Shown here piece by piece: positions 27,120 to 35,261 of a DNA stretch of 50,694 nt. The DNA is from a virus (taxonomy: Duplodnaviria; Caudoviricetes). Every line of letters starts with the position of its first letter. Positions within the stretch are counted from its first letter, which is position 1. The DNA is taken from positions 1 to 50,694 of the IMG/VR virus record IMGVR_UViG_3300045136_000360. One strand, given 5' to 3'. The position numbers were made by a program, and so were the translations under genes. A model generated the notes under the pieces. The model made no database searches. It was not told the origin of the DNA and worked only from the letters and a program-made list of their open reading frames with translations.

Positions 27120-27611
27120 ATGCTCAATCAGCTTTCCGAGGGGGCGGTGCTGGCCGGCAAGCTCGTGATGCCGTCCGGGGCGGCGCTGGTAGTCAAGAAG
27201 TTGGAGATCAACGCCGCGCCGACCGGGGCCGAGCAGGACACCGGCTGGGACCTGCCGGCCAAGGCCATCGTGCTGGACGTCTGGGTGGACGTGCGCGTTG
27301 CCGAGGCAACCGGCCTGACCAAGACGCTGGACGTTGGCCTGCTCAGTTCCGAGTCTGGCGGTGACACCGATGGCTTCCTGGCCTCGGTGAGCGTCGCCAG
27401 CACCGGGCTGAAGAAGGGCACGCTGGCCAGCACGGGCCAGACCAGGGGCGCGCTCCTGTATGCCGACGAGTCCGGGACCGGCGGCCTGGTCCCCGAGCCC
27501 CACGTGGTCGGCACGGCCCGCTCGGTCGTCTACGACGCCGATAGTAATGACTGGGTGGAGTTCCGGGGAGACATCTATATCCTGTACCTGGAGCTTGGTA
27601 TCACCAAGTAG
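27120..27611 (+). CDS. virion structural protein
   Basis: Beta-rich ORF with strong RBS in the head-neck region. Confidence 0.65.
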   Translation: MLNQLSEGAVLAGKLVMPSGAALVVKKLEINAAPTGAEQDTGWDLPAKAIVLDVWVDVRVAEATGLTKTLDVGLLSSESGGDTDGFLASVSVASTGLKKGTLASTGQTRGALLYADESGTGGLVPEPHVVGTARSVVYDADSNDWVEFRGDIYILYLELGITK

Positions 27612-27650
27612 GCGCGACCGGGGTGGGCGACCACCACGAGGGAGGCCGAC

Positions 27651-27941
27651 ATGGGGAATCTCCGCAAGCAGGCGGGCCAGGCCGGCGCCGCCACCCGCGT
27701 GAGCGGCGTGACCACCGAGCAGACGATCAGGACGGGGGCCGGGGTGCTGGAGCGCATCGTCGTGGCCAATGGCAACGCGGCCGCGCAGACGCTGACGATC
27801 GCCGACGGGGCGACCGTCAGGCATGTGGCGCGGGTGCCGGCGGGGACGACGCTGGCGCTGGAATACCTGATGGGGTTCGGCACGAGCCTGAAGGTGACAC
27901 CCAGTGCCGTCGAGGTCGACGCGCTGATCCTGTTCAGCTAG
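27651..27941 (+). CDS. virion structural protein
   Basis: RBS; GAGVLERIVV beta-sandwich-like sequence. Confidence 0.6.
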   Translation: MGNLRKQAGQAGAATRVSGVTTEQTIRTGAGVLERIVVANGNAAAQTLTIADGATVRHVARVPAGTTLALEYLMGFGTSLKVTPSAVEVDALILFS

Positions 27942-27956
27942 CAGGGATGGTGCGGG

Positions 27957-28412
27957 ATGGCCTGGACCTATACGGGAGACCCCGCCAGCAGCAACCGGGA
28001 CGCGGTGCGGTTCGCCATCGGGGACACCGATGCGGGGGACCAGCAGGTGCAGGACGCCGAGATTGACTATCTGCTGGGCCTCTACCCCAATCCCCTGATC
28101 GCCGGGGCGCATGCCTGCCGGCGGCTGGCGGCCAAATACGCCCGGCAGGTGAGCAAGGCGGTCGGCTCGGCCAGCCTCCAGGCATCGGACCGGATGCGGC
28201 ACTACGCGGACCTGGCCGAGTTGCTGCTGGCGGAGGCGACCGGCGGGGCGGGCGCGGGTAGTGGGCTGACGGTGTATGCCGGGGGGCTGAGTGAGGCGGA
28301 GAAGGAGAGTGACCGGGAGGATACGGACCTGGTGCAGCCGGCCCTGCGGCGGGACCTGCTGCGGGTGCGGGGCAGCCGGCTGGACGATGAGGACGCCGAC
28401 GCGCTGGAGTGA
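27957..28412 (+). CDS. head-tail adaptor
   Basis: WTY.GDP....DAVRF.IGDT......D.EI.YLL. Confidence 0.75.
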   Translation: MAWTYTGDPASSNRDAVRFAIGDTDAGDQQVQDAEIDYLLGLYPNPLIAGAHACRRLAAKYARQVSKAVGSASLQASDRMRHYADLAELLLAEATGGAGAGSGLTVYAGGLSEAEKESDREDTDLVQPALRRDLLRVRGSRLDDEDADALE

Positions 28413-28415
28413 CGG

Positions 28416-28733
28416 ATGGCCTGGGATACGGATCTGGAGACGCTGTTCCCCCATTGGGTGACGGTCGAGCCCTACGCCGCGCAGGATGCCTACGGGGAGG
28501 CGACCTATGGGGACCCGGCCCCCTACCGGGCGCGGGTGGAGCAGACGACCAGGCGGGTGCTGACCCGAGACGGCCAGGAGCGGGTGAGTGGGACGGTGAC
28601 GTATCTGGTGGCCGACCGGCCGATCGACCCCCGGAGCAAGCTCACTCTCCCGGACGGCACGACCCCGGTGATCCTGTCGGTCGAGAGCGCGGTGGATGAG
28701 GACGGCACCTACTACGTGGCGGTGAGGACCTGA
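28416..28733 (+). CDS. head closure protein
   Basis: DAYGE..YG....ARVE...V....G; position. Confidence 0.65.
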   Translation: MAWDTDLETLFPHWVTVEPYAAQDAYGEATYGDPAPYRARVEQTTRRVLTRDGQERVSGTVTYLVADRPIDPRSKLTLPDGTTPVILSVESAVDEDGTYYVAVRT

Positions 28734-29158
28734 TGAGCGTGCGGGTGACGGCGAGCATCACCGGGGATGAGACGCTGGCGGCCAAACTGGGGCAACTGGT
28801 GGGGAAGGCCCCTCAGGCGGCCGCGGCGGCGCTGTTCCAGGAGGGGGAGCGGGTGATGGCGGCCTCCAAGTTGTTGGTGCCGGTGGACACCGGGGCGCTG
28901 CGGGCCAGCGGCCACGTGCAGCCGCCGCGCGTCGAGGGCACGCTGGTGCGGGTGGAACTCGGCTATGGGGGCGTGGCCGGCGCGACCGTGGGCGGAAAGT
29001 ACGTCGGGTACGCGGTGTACGTCCATGAGAACCTGACGGCCGCGCACCCGGTGGGGAAGGCGAAGTACCTGGAGGAGCCGATGCTGGCGGCCCTGCCGGG
29101 GATGGGCCAGCGGATCGGGAAGGCGCTGGCCGCCGGGCTGGGCCTGGGAGGGCTCTGA
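28733..29158 (+). CDS. HK97 gp10-like neck protein
   Basis: VPVDTGALRAS, YAVYVHE, GKAKYLE. Confidence 0.85.
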   Translation: MSVRVTASITGDETLAAKLGQLVGKAPQAAAAALFQEGERVMAASKLLVPVDTGALRASGHVQPPRVEGTLVRVELGYGGVAGATVGGKYVGYAVYVHENLTAAHPVGKAKYLEEPMLAALPGMGQRIGKALAAGLGLGGL

Positions 29159-29159
29159 G

Positions 29160-29552
29160 GTGGCGGCGGTGGCGCACGACCTGGCGACGCACCTGGCCCT
29201 GATGGGGCACGGGACGCTGGGAGAGACGGTCTTTGCCGGTCGGTTGCCCCCGACCCCGGACGCCGCCGTGGCCGTGCAGGGGCCGTATGGGGGTGAAGGA
29301 CCGATCTGGACGCACGACGGGATGACCGCCGACCGGCAGCGGGTGCAGATCGCCGTGCGGGCCGCGACCTATGCGGCCGCCGAGAGTCTGGCGACCGCGA
29401 TTTACCGGACGCTGGCGAAGGTGGTCAATGGGGCGATGGGGGAGGGGCACTATCAGCGGGTGATGCCCCTCCAGGCGCCGTTCCTGCTGGAGCGGGATGA
29501 GCATGAGCGGGTGATCTTCGCCTTCAACTGCGCGGTGACGCGCAACCTGTAG
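29160..29552 (+). CDS. tail terminator
   Basis: P.TPD.AV...VQI.VRA...LERDE..R..F.FN; position. Confidence 0.7.
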   Translation: MAAVAHDLATHLALMGHGTLGETVFAGRLPPTPDAAVAVQGPYGGEGPIWTHDGMTADRQRVQIAVRAATYAAAESLATAIYRTLAKVVNGAMGEGHYQRVMPLQAPFLLERDEHERVIFAFNCAVTRNL

Positions 29553-29561
29553 GAGATCGGG

Positions 29562-29780
29562 ATGGCAGAGGAAGAGAAGGGCTATACCGAGGGGGCCTGG
29601 TCGGGGCTGCCGGCCTACTGGTGCACGCGGTGCCCCTTCGACACGCTGGACCGGGGGGCGATGGAGCAGCACCAGCGGGAGGTGCACGGCCCGCCGCCGC
29701 CCGTCATCCGGGACACCGGACTGCTCGACCAGCGGGGGAGACGGATCACCAGGGCTGTGCAGGTGACGATGGAGGGATAG
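29562..29780 (+). CDS. small zinc-finger-like protein
   Basis: CTRCPFDTL....H...H. Confidence 0.6.
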   Translation: MAEEEKGYTEGAWSGLPAYWCTRCPFDTLDRGAMEQHQREVHGPPPPVIRDTGLLDQRGRRITRAVQVTMEG

Positions 29781-29784
29781 GACC

Positions 29785-30132
29785 ATGCCGACGACCGCGC
29801 TCACCAAGATCACCGCGCCGGGGCGGTACCCGAGCGCCTGGACGGACCTGACGTTCACGGCCGGGGATGCAGTTAACGGCAATCATTTCGTCAGCACGGG
29901 GAAAGAGTTCATCATCGTCAGGAACAACCACGCCACGCTGGCGCGGACCGTGACCATCGCGGGCTCGGCCGACCCGTTCAACCGGACGGCCAGCATCGTC
30001 AAATCGGTGGCGGCGCTGGGCTACGCGATGTTCGGGCCGGTGCCGGCGAGTTATTGGGCCAATGCCAGTGGGCAGATCGTGCTGACGCCCGAGACGACCG
30101 ATATTCAGTTCGCGATCATCACCCTGCCATAG
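29785..30132 (+). CDS. virion protein, paralog 1
   Basis: Near-duplicate of 30151..30495. Confidence 0.75.
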   Translation: MPTTALTKITAPGRYPSAWTDLTFTAGDAVNGNHFVSTGKEFIIVRNNHATLARTVTIAGSADPFNRTASIVKSVAALGYAMFGPVPASYWANASGQIVLTPETTDIQFAIITLP

Positions 30133-30150
30133 CAGGAGGGGAGGGGAGCC

Positions 30151-30495
30151 ATGCCGACGACGGCCATCACCAAGCAGACGGCGCCGGGGCAGTACCCGAC
30201 CGCCTGGGGCGACCTCACGTTCGCCGCGATGGATCAGGCCAACGGCAATCATTTCGTCAGCACGGGCAAGGAACTGATCATCGTGCGCAATGACGACGCC
30301 GCCGCTCAGACGGTGACGGTGACGGGCTCGGCCGATCCGTTTGGCCGGACGGCCAGCATTCAGAAGTCGATCAACGCCGCCGGCCTGGCCATCTTTGGCC
30401 CATTGCCGTCAAGCTACTGGGCGAACAACTCGGGCCAGATCGTGCTGACCCCGAGCAGCAATAACCTGAAGGTGGCCATCGTCACGCTGCCGTAG
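30151..30495 (+). CDS. virion protein, paralog 2
   Basis: Shares NGNHFVSTGKE, GSADPF.RTASI, YWAN.SGQIVLTP with the upstream gene. Confidence 0.75.
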   Translation: MPTTAITKQTAPGQYPTAWGDLTFAAMDQANGNHFVSTGKELIIVRNDDAAAQTVTVTGSADPFGRTASIQKSINAAGLAIFGPLPSSYWANNSGQIVLTPSSNNLKVAIVTLP

Positions 30496-30528
30496 CGAGG
30501 GCGGCGATGACACCGAGAGGAGGAGCAT

Positions 30529-30963
30529 ATGGCGACCGCTGCGATTCACGCCATCGGGACCCTGCTGAAGATGGGGGACGGTGGCTCCCCCGAGACGTTC
30601 ACGACGATCGCGGAGGTGCTGAGCATCCGCGGCCCCAGCCTGTCGAGCGACACGATCGACGTGACCAACCACGACACCTCGAACGGCTACCGCGAGTTCA
30701 TCATGGGGCTCCAGGACGGCGGGGAGGTGACGTTCTCGATCAACTACCAGCCGACCGCGCCGACCCATAATGCCACCAGCGGCCTGCTCAAGGCGTACGA
30801 CGCCAAGACCAAGAAGAACTGGAGGCTGGTCTTCCCGGACGCCGGCGGGACGACCTGGAACTTCGCCGGCGTCGTCCGGACCTTCTCGGTCAATGCGCCC
30901 ATCGACGCGCAGCTCACCGCCGACGTGACGATCAAGGTGAGTGGCAAGCCGACGCTGGTCTAA
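30529..30963 (+). CDS. tail tube protein
   Basis: FTTIAEV..I.GP....DTIDVT.HD...YREFI.GL.DGG...IKVSGKP. Confidence 0.9.
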   Translation: MATAAIHAIGTLLKMGDGGSPETFTTIAEVLSIRGPSLSSDTIDVTNHDTSNGYREFIMGLQDGGEVTFSINYQPTAPTHNATSGLLKAYDAKTKKNWRLVFPDAGGTTWNFAGVVRTFSVNAPIDAQLTADVTIKVSGKPTLV

Positions 30964-31035
30964 TACCCCGAGGTACGAGCAATGGGGCAGGGTGATCCCC
31001 CTGTCCCGCCACTGGAGACAGGAGTGTGAGCGACC

Positions 31036-31422
31036 GTGACCGTCAAGACCAAGCACCGGGGGGTCCCGATCGTCGTCGTGACCCTGGGAGAAGCCGAACG
31101 GCATCTGCGCCTGGACTTCAACGCGATGGCGCTCCTGGAGGAACACCTGGGGATCAACCTGCTGAGCGGCGATTTCGACTGGACGCAGCTCACCATCCGG
31201 CAGGTGCGGGCGTTCGTCTGGGCCTGCCTCCAGCACGGCGATGATCCGCGCCCCACGCTCGAGGAGGTGGGGGGCTGGATGCACCCGAACAATATGCTGG
31301 AGATTGCTCAGGCGATCGGCTGGCTATGGAGCGAGGGGCAACCCGAGCCCGACCAGGAGGCGGCCTCCCCTTTGGTGCATCGGAGCAAGGCGGAGCGGCG
31401 GGCGGCCCGGACGGGGGGCTGA
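31036..31422 (+). CDS. tail assembly chaperone (G-like)
   Basis: LRLDFNAMALLEEHLG; between tube and tape measure genes. Confidence 0.8.
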   Translation: MTVKTKHRGVPIVVVTLGEAERHLRLDFNAMALLEEHLGINLLSGDFDWTQLTIRQVRAFVWACLQHGDDPRPTLEEVGGWMHPNNMLEIAQAIGWLWSEGQPEPDQEAASPLVHRSKAERRAARTGG

Positions 31423-31763
31423 CCTGGGATGCCGTCTGGTCGGTGGCGCGGATCGACCTGGGGCTGTCGGACGATGAGTTCTGGCGGCTGGTGCCGCGCC
31501 AGTACGCGGCCTTGCTCAAGCGGAGGCGTGAGGTGAATCGGCGGGCCGACCTGCGGGCCGGCATCGTGGCGGCGGTGATCGCCAATGCGCACCGGGGAAA
31601 GGACAGCCAGCCGTTCAGGCCGAAGGACTTCATGGTCGACCCGCCGCCGGCCGCGGCCCCCCGGCCGCAGACGCCGGCCGAGATGCTGGCGATGGTCGAG
31701 ACGCTGAACGCGCTGTTCGGCGGGGAGGATCGGCGGGGACGGCCGGAGGAGGGGGCGGAATGA
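31368..31763 (+). CDS. tail assembly chaperone -1 frameshift extension (GT-like)
   Basis: Slippery C CCT TTG at 31368-31374; -1 frame reads LGLSDDEFWRLVPRQY...FRPKDFM. Confidence 0.75.
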   Translation, partial: PFGASEQGGAAGGPDGGLTWDAVWSVARIDLGLSDDEFWRLVPRQYAALLKRRREVNRRADLRAGIVAAVIANAHRGKDSQPFRPKDFMVDPPPAAAPRPQTPAEMLAMVETLNALFGGEDRRGRPEEGAE

Positions 31764-34700
31764 GCTTCGGGCCGCAGATGACCCTGGCCGACCTGATGGT
31801 CCGCCTGAACCTGGACACGTCGAACTTCGAGCGGGGAGCGCGGCGGGCCGAGCAATCCGCTCGGGGGTTCCGGCGGGTGTTGCAGGACACCCTCTCCGGG
31901 GCGACGATGGGCGCCGGCATGGCGGTGGCGAACGCGGCGCTGAGCGTGCTGGTGCAGGCGTTCAACGCCGCCCAGGACGCGGTGATCGGGTTCAACAGCA
32001 CGCTGGAGCAGGCCGACCTGGCCTTCGGCAAGATGCTGAAATCGGGGGAGGCCGCCAGGTCCTTCCTGGCCGACCTGAAGCGCTTCGCGGCGCAGACGCC
32101 GTTCGAGTTCCCCGAGTTGCTGACCGCCAGCCGGCGTCTGCTGGCCTTCAAGTTTCAGGCCGGGCAGATCATCCCGCTGATGACCGCCATCGGGGACGTG
32201 GCGGCGGCCAGTGGCAATGCCGGGGCGGAGGGGATTGGGCGGCTGACGACGGCCCTGGGGCAGATGCAGGCCAAGGGGCGGGTGCAGCAGGAGGAGTTGC
32301 TGCAACTGCAGGAGGCGGGCGTCGCCACCAGTGAGATTCTGGCGATCGTGGCCCGCGACGTCGGCATGACGATGGATGAGGTGGAGGAGGCGCTGAGCAA
32401 GGGGCGCATCTCCAGTGACGCGTTCATCAAGGCGTTCATGGAGTGGAGCCAGGCCAACGTCGGCGGGATGATGGCGGAGCAGGCCAAGACCTTCCAGGGG
32501 GCCATGTCCACCATCTCCGACAGCCTGCGGGACGCGGCGGCGACCGCCTTCCGGGCGCTGTTCGTGCGGTTGAGCGAGGCGGCCCAGCGGTTCGCCCAGT
32601 TCGTGCAGTCGGCCGAGTTCGGGGAGTGGGTGCAAAAGACGGCGCTGTACGTGGAGTTCGTGATCCGGGCGCTCGCGGTGCTGGCGAACGCCTTCCAACG
32701 GACGATGGTGGCGATCGCGACGATCGTGGTGACGGCCGGAGCGGTGATCCTGAAGGGGATGGCCCTGCTGAACCCGTTCGTGCGGCACTCCCCGAGCCTG
32801 GTGGAGTCGGTGGAGGAGGGGTTCGGGCGGCGCATCCCGGCGGCGATCGCCGGCATGGCGGAGCAGGTGCGGGAGAAGCTGGCGATCGCCGGCCGGGCGG
32901 TGGCGGCCTTCAAGGCGATGGCGAGCGGGGGGCTGGCGCGGGCGGAGGGGCTGCGGGAGTCGGAGACGGTGGGCCAGGTGGCGCGGCTGGGGCCGGGGGC
33001 GACCGGGGCCTATGTCGAGGCCCGGAACGCGATGCGGGACCTGGAGAGCCAGGCCGAGAGCCTGGGTGGGGAGATTCGGGAGGGGGAGGCGGCGCTGCGG
33101 GAGATGGAGCGGGCGCTGCGGCCGCTCCAGGATGCGTTCGACGCCGCGTCCCGGCGGGTGCAGGGCTACCGGAACACCATCGCCGAGGCGCAAGAGGCGA
33201 TGCGGCGGCTGGTGAGCGAGGGCAAACTGCCCGGCGAGGAGCATCACGAGAACCAACTGGCCGACAACCGGCGCCGGCAGGCCGAGACGGAACTGCGGAT
33301 GCTGGAACTGAAGGCGAAGGGGTCCCCGACCGCGACCGATGAGCGGGAGTACCAGCGGTTGCAGAAGCAACTGGAGGGGTTGCGGACGGAGGAGCAAAGG
33401 CTCCGGTTGCAGGGGGAACTGACCTTCGGGGAGCAGCGGCGGAAGTTGGCTCAGGCTGCCGGTGAGCATAAGGAGGTGAGCGCCAGGGACCGGCTGGCAG
33501 GGATCCTCAAGGCCAAGGAGGCACTCCAGCAGGCCCAGCAGGCGCTGCCGGCAGCCGAGGCCGAGATGAAGGGGGCCGGGGAGGCGCTGGAACTTGCCAA
33601 GGGGAAGATCGAGCTCCAGCGAACGGCGTTGCAGGACCTGAAGGATGAGTACGCGGAGATCACGCGGGAGTTGCAGGCGCAGCGGGCGGCGATGGACCAG
33701 ATGCTCGCCGAGGCGCGGGAGTTGGACCAGGCGGCGAAGGCTGGCGCTGGTGGGGCTGGCAAGGGCGATATTGGGAAGGGGCTGACGTTCGGGGCGGGGA
33801 CCGCGCCGCCGTGGGCGAAGAAGGCCGACGACTGGGCCACGGAGAACAACGCCCTGCGCTCGCTGGCGACCGAGCTTGAGGAGACACTGAAAACGCTGGA
33901 GAAGAACCTGGACACGGGCGTGGGCAAGATCGAGGCGTTCGCGACCGGGTTCCAGAAGCAATTCGGGATCGAGGGCGGGCTGCCGGGGGCACTGGCCGCG
34001 TTCCGGCAGGGGTGGGATGACAACTTTGGGCCAATGATGGAGAAACTGGGCGAGTTTGGGACCTGGCTGAGTGAGAACACGCCCGCCGCGATGCAGGGGT
34101 TCCAGCGTGGGTGGGAGACTTATCTGCGGCCGACCTTCGAGGCGATCCGGGAGGGGGCCAAGACGGTGGGGGTGGACGTGAACACGGGCCTGGTGCAACT
34201 GTTCTCGCTGTGGCTGCCGCTGAGCCTTGGGAACTGGCAGCGGTCCTGGGCAGTGGCGGAGGCGGTGTTCAAGGGGATGGGTCCGCTGTTCGACCCCCAT
34301 GGGCCGATGAAGCCGCTGTACGATTTCGAGGTGTTCTGGCGGGTGACGCTGCCGGTGGCGGTGAATGGGTTCCTGGGCAACACCCTGGACAAGTTGTTGG
34401 AGGGGCTGGGCAGCCTGTTGGAGAAATTGCGGCCGATTGGGGAGGTGCTGGGGGCGATCAAGAAGGGGTTCGAGTCGATCAAACCCCCGGACTGGATGGG
34501 GGGCGGGAACGCCGCGCCAGGCATGGACGGCGGCAACGGCCGGGGGAGCGGCGGGGGCCGGCGGCAGATGTACGCGACCGGGGGGAGTTTCGTGGTGGGC
34601 GGCCACGGGGGGCTGGACAGCCAGCTCGTGAGCTTCATGGCGACGCCGGGGGAGCGGGTGACGATCACGCCGCCGGGGAATGGGGGCGGTGCGCTGGCGC

Positions 34701-34852
34701 TGACCGGGCCGCTGGTGGGGAGCATCTCGATCCAGGGGCGAGAAGACGTGACGGCGCTGCTGCGGGCGCTGGAGGGGATGCTGATGCAGGCGCTAGAGCA
34801 GGCAGGGGGGAGTGGGACGCGATTCCCGCTGGGGATGGAGCGGCGGATGTAG
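31760..34852 (+). CDS. tape measure protein
   Basis: FAAQTPFE, ALGQMQAKG...EELLQLQEAG, coiled coils, 1030 aa. Confidence 0.93.
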   Translation: MSFGPQMTLADLMVRLNLDTSNFERGARRAEQSARGFRRVLQDTLSGATMGAGMAVANAALSVLVQAFNAAQDAVIGFNSTLEQADLAFGKMLKSGEAARSFLADLKRFAAQTPFEFPELLTASRRLLAFKFQAGQIIPLMTAIGDVAAASGNAGAEGIGRLTTALGQMQAKGRVQQEELLQLQEAGVATSEILAIVARDVGMTMDEVEEALSKGRISSDAFIKAFMEWSQANVGGMMAEQAKTFQGAMSTISDSLRDAAATAFRALFVRLSEAAQRFAQFVQSAEFGEWVQKTALYVEFVIRALAVLANAFQRTMVAIATIVVTAGAVILKGMALLNPFVRHSPSLVESVEEGFGRRIPAAIAGMAEQVREKLAIAGRAVAAFKAMASGGLARAEGLRESETVGQVARLGPGATGAYVEARNAMRDLESQAESLGGEIREGEAALREMERALRPLQDAFDAASRRVQGYRNTIAEAQEAMRRLVSEGKLPGEEHHENQLADNRRRQAETELRMLELKAKGSPTATDEREYQRLQKQLEGLRTEEQRLRLQGELTFGEQRRKLAQAAGEHKEVSARDRLAGILKAKEALQQAQQALPAAEAEMKGAGEALELAKGKIELQRTALQDLKDEYAEITRELQAQRAAMDQMLAEARELDQAAKAGAGGAGKGDIGKGLTFGAGTAPPWAKKADDWATENNALRSLATELEETLKTLEKNLDTGVGKIEAFATGFQKQFGIEGGLPGALAAFRQGWDDNFGPMMEKLGEFGTWLSENTPAAMQGFQRGWETYLRPTFEAIREGAKTVGVDVNTGLVQLFSLWLPLSLGNWQRSWAVAEAVFKGMGPLFDPHGPMKPLYDFEVFWRVTLPVAVNGFLGNTLDKLLEGLGSLLEKLRPIGEVLGAIKKGFESIKPPDWMGGGNAAPGMDGGNGRGSGGGRRQMYATGGSFVVGGHGGLDSQLVSFMATPGERVTITPPGNGGGALALTGPLVGSISIQGREDVTALLRALEGMLMQALEQAGGSGTRFPLGMERRM

Positions 34853-34861
34853 GAGGGGCGT

Positions 34862-35203
34862 GTGCCGACGTATGCTGGCGTGACCTTTCAGGTGCACCTG
34901 GACGGCTCCTGGGTGCCGGAGTGGGACCGGGAGGTGGTCATCACCCGGACGCTGATCCCTGGGAGTGGCAAGGAGAACGTGCAGAGCGCCGGGTTCCAGA
35001 ACCGGCGTATCCGGGTGGTGGCCGACTTCACCAGCCTGGCCGACCTGCAGACCATGCAGGGTGCGGTAGGGACGACGCTGCGGACGTTGGGGAGCTTCCT
35101 GGGGGCGACGCACACGGCGATGCTGACGGCAGTCCGGAATCCACGGAAGGTCTACGGGCAGGGGGTGTATCGGGCCGAGTTGGAGTTCGAGCGGTTCAGT
35201 TGA
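34862..35203 (+). CDS. putative distal tail protein
   Basis: Follows tape measure gene; AGGAGG RBS. Confidence 0.6.
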   Translation: MPTYAGVTFQVHLDGSWVPEWDREVVITRTLIPGSGKENVQSAGFQNRRIRVVADFTSLADLQTMQGAVGTTLRTLGSFLGATHTAMLTAVRNPRKVYGQGVYRAELEFERFS

Positions 35204-35218
35204 CACCCTTGGGTATCA
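35201..35218. promoter_or_regulatory. operator-like palindrome within the tail operon
   Basis: TGACAC-CCTTGG-GTATCA. Confidence 0.6.
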
Positions 35219-35261
35219 TTTACTCGTTATGGTAGTAGTGCGATCGGGGTAGGGGTCAGGG

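Noticed and set aside
30008-30025. Partial similarity to the shared spacer 200..235
   Set aside because: 17 of 18 nt over half the spacer only; not a credible protospacer.
31190-34606. Long minus-strand ORFs such as 31190..34606, 23069..25717, 17438..20065, 6896..9103 and 46629..48839
   Set aside because: Antisense shadows of well-supported + strand genes in high-GC DNA; Pro/Arg/His-rich with no motifs.
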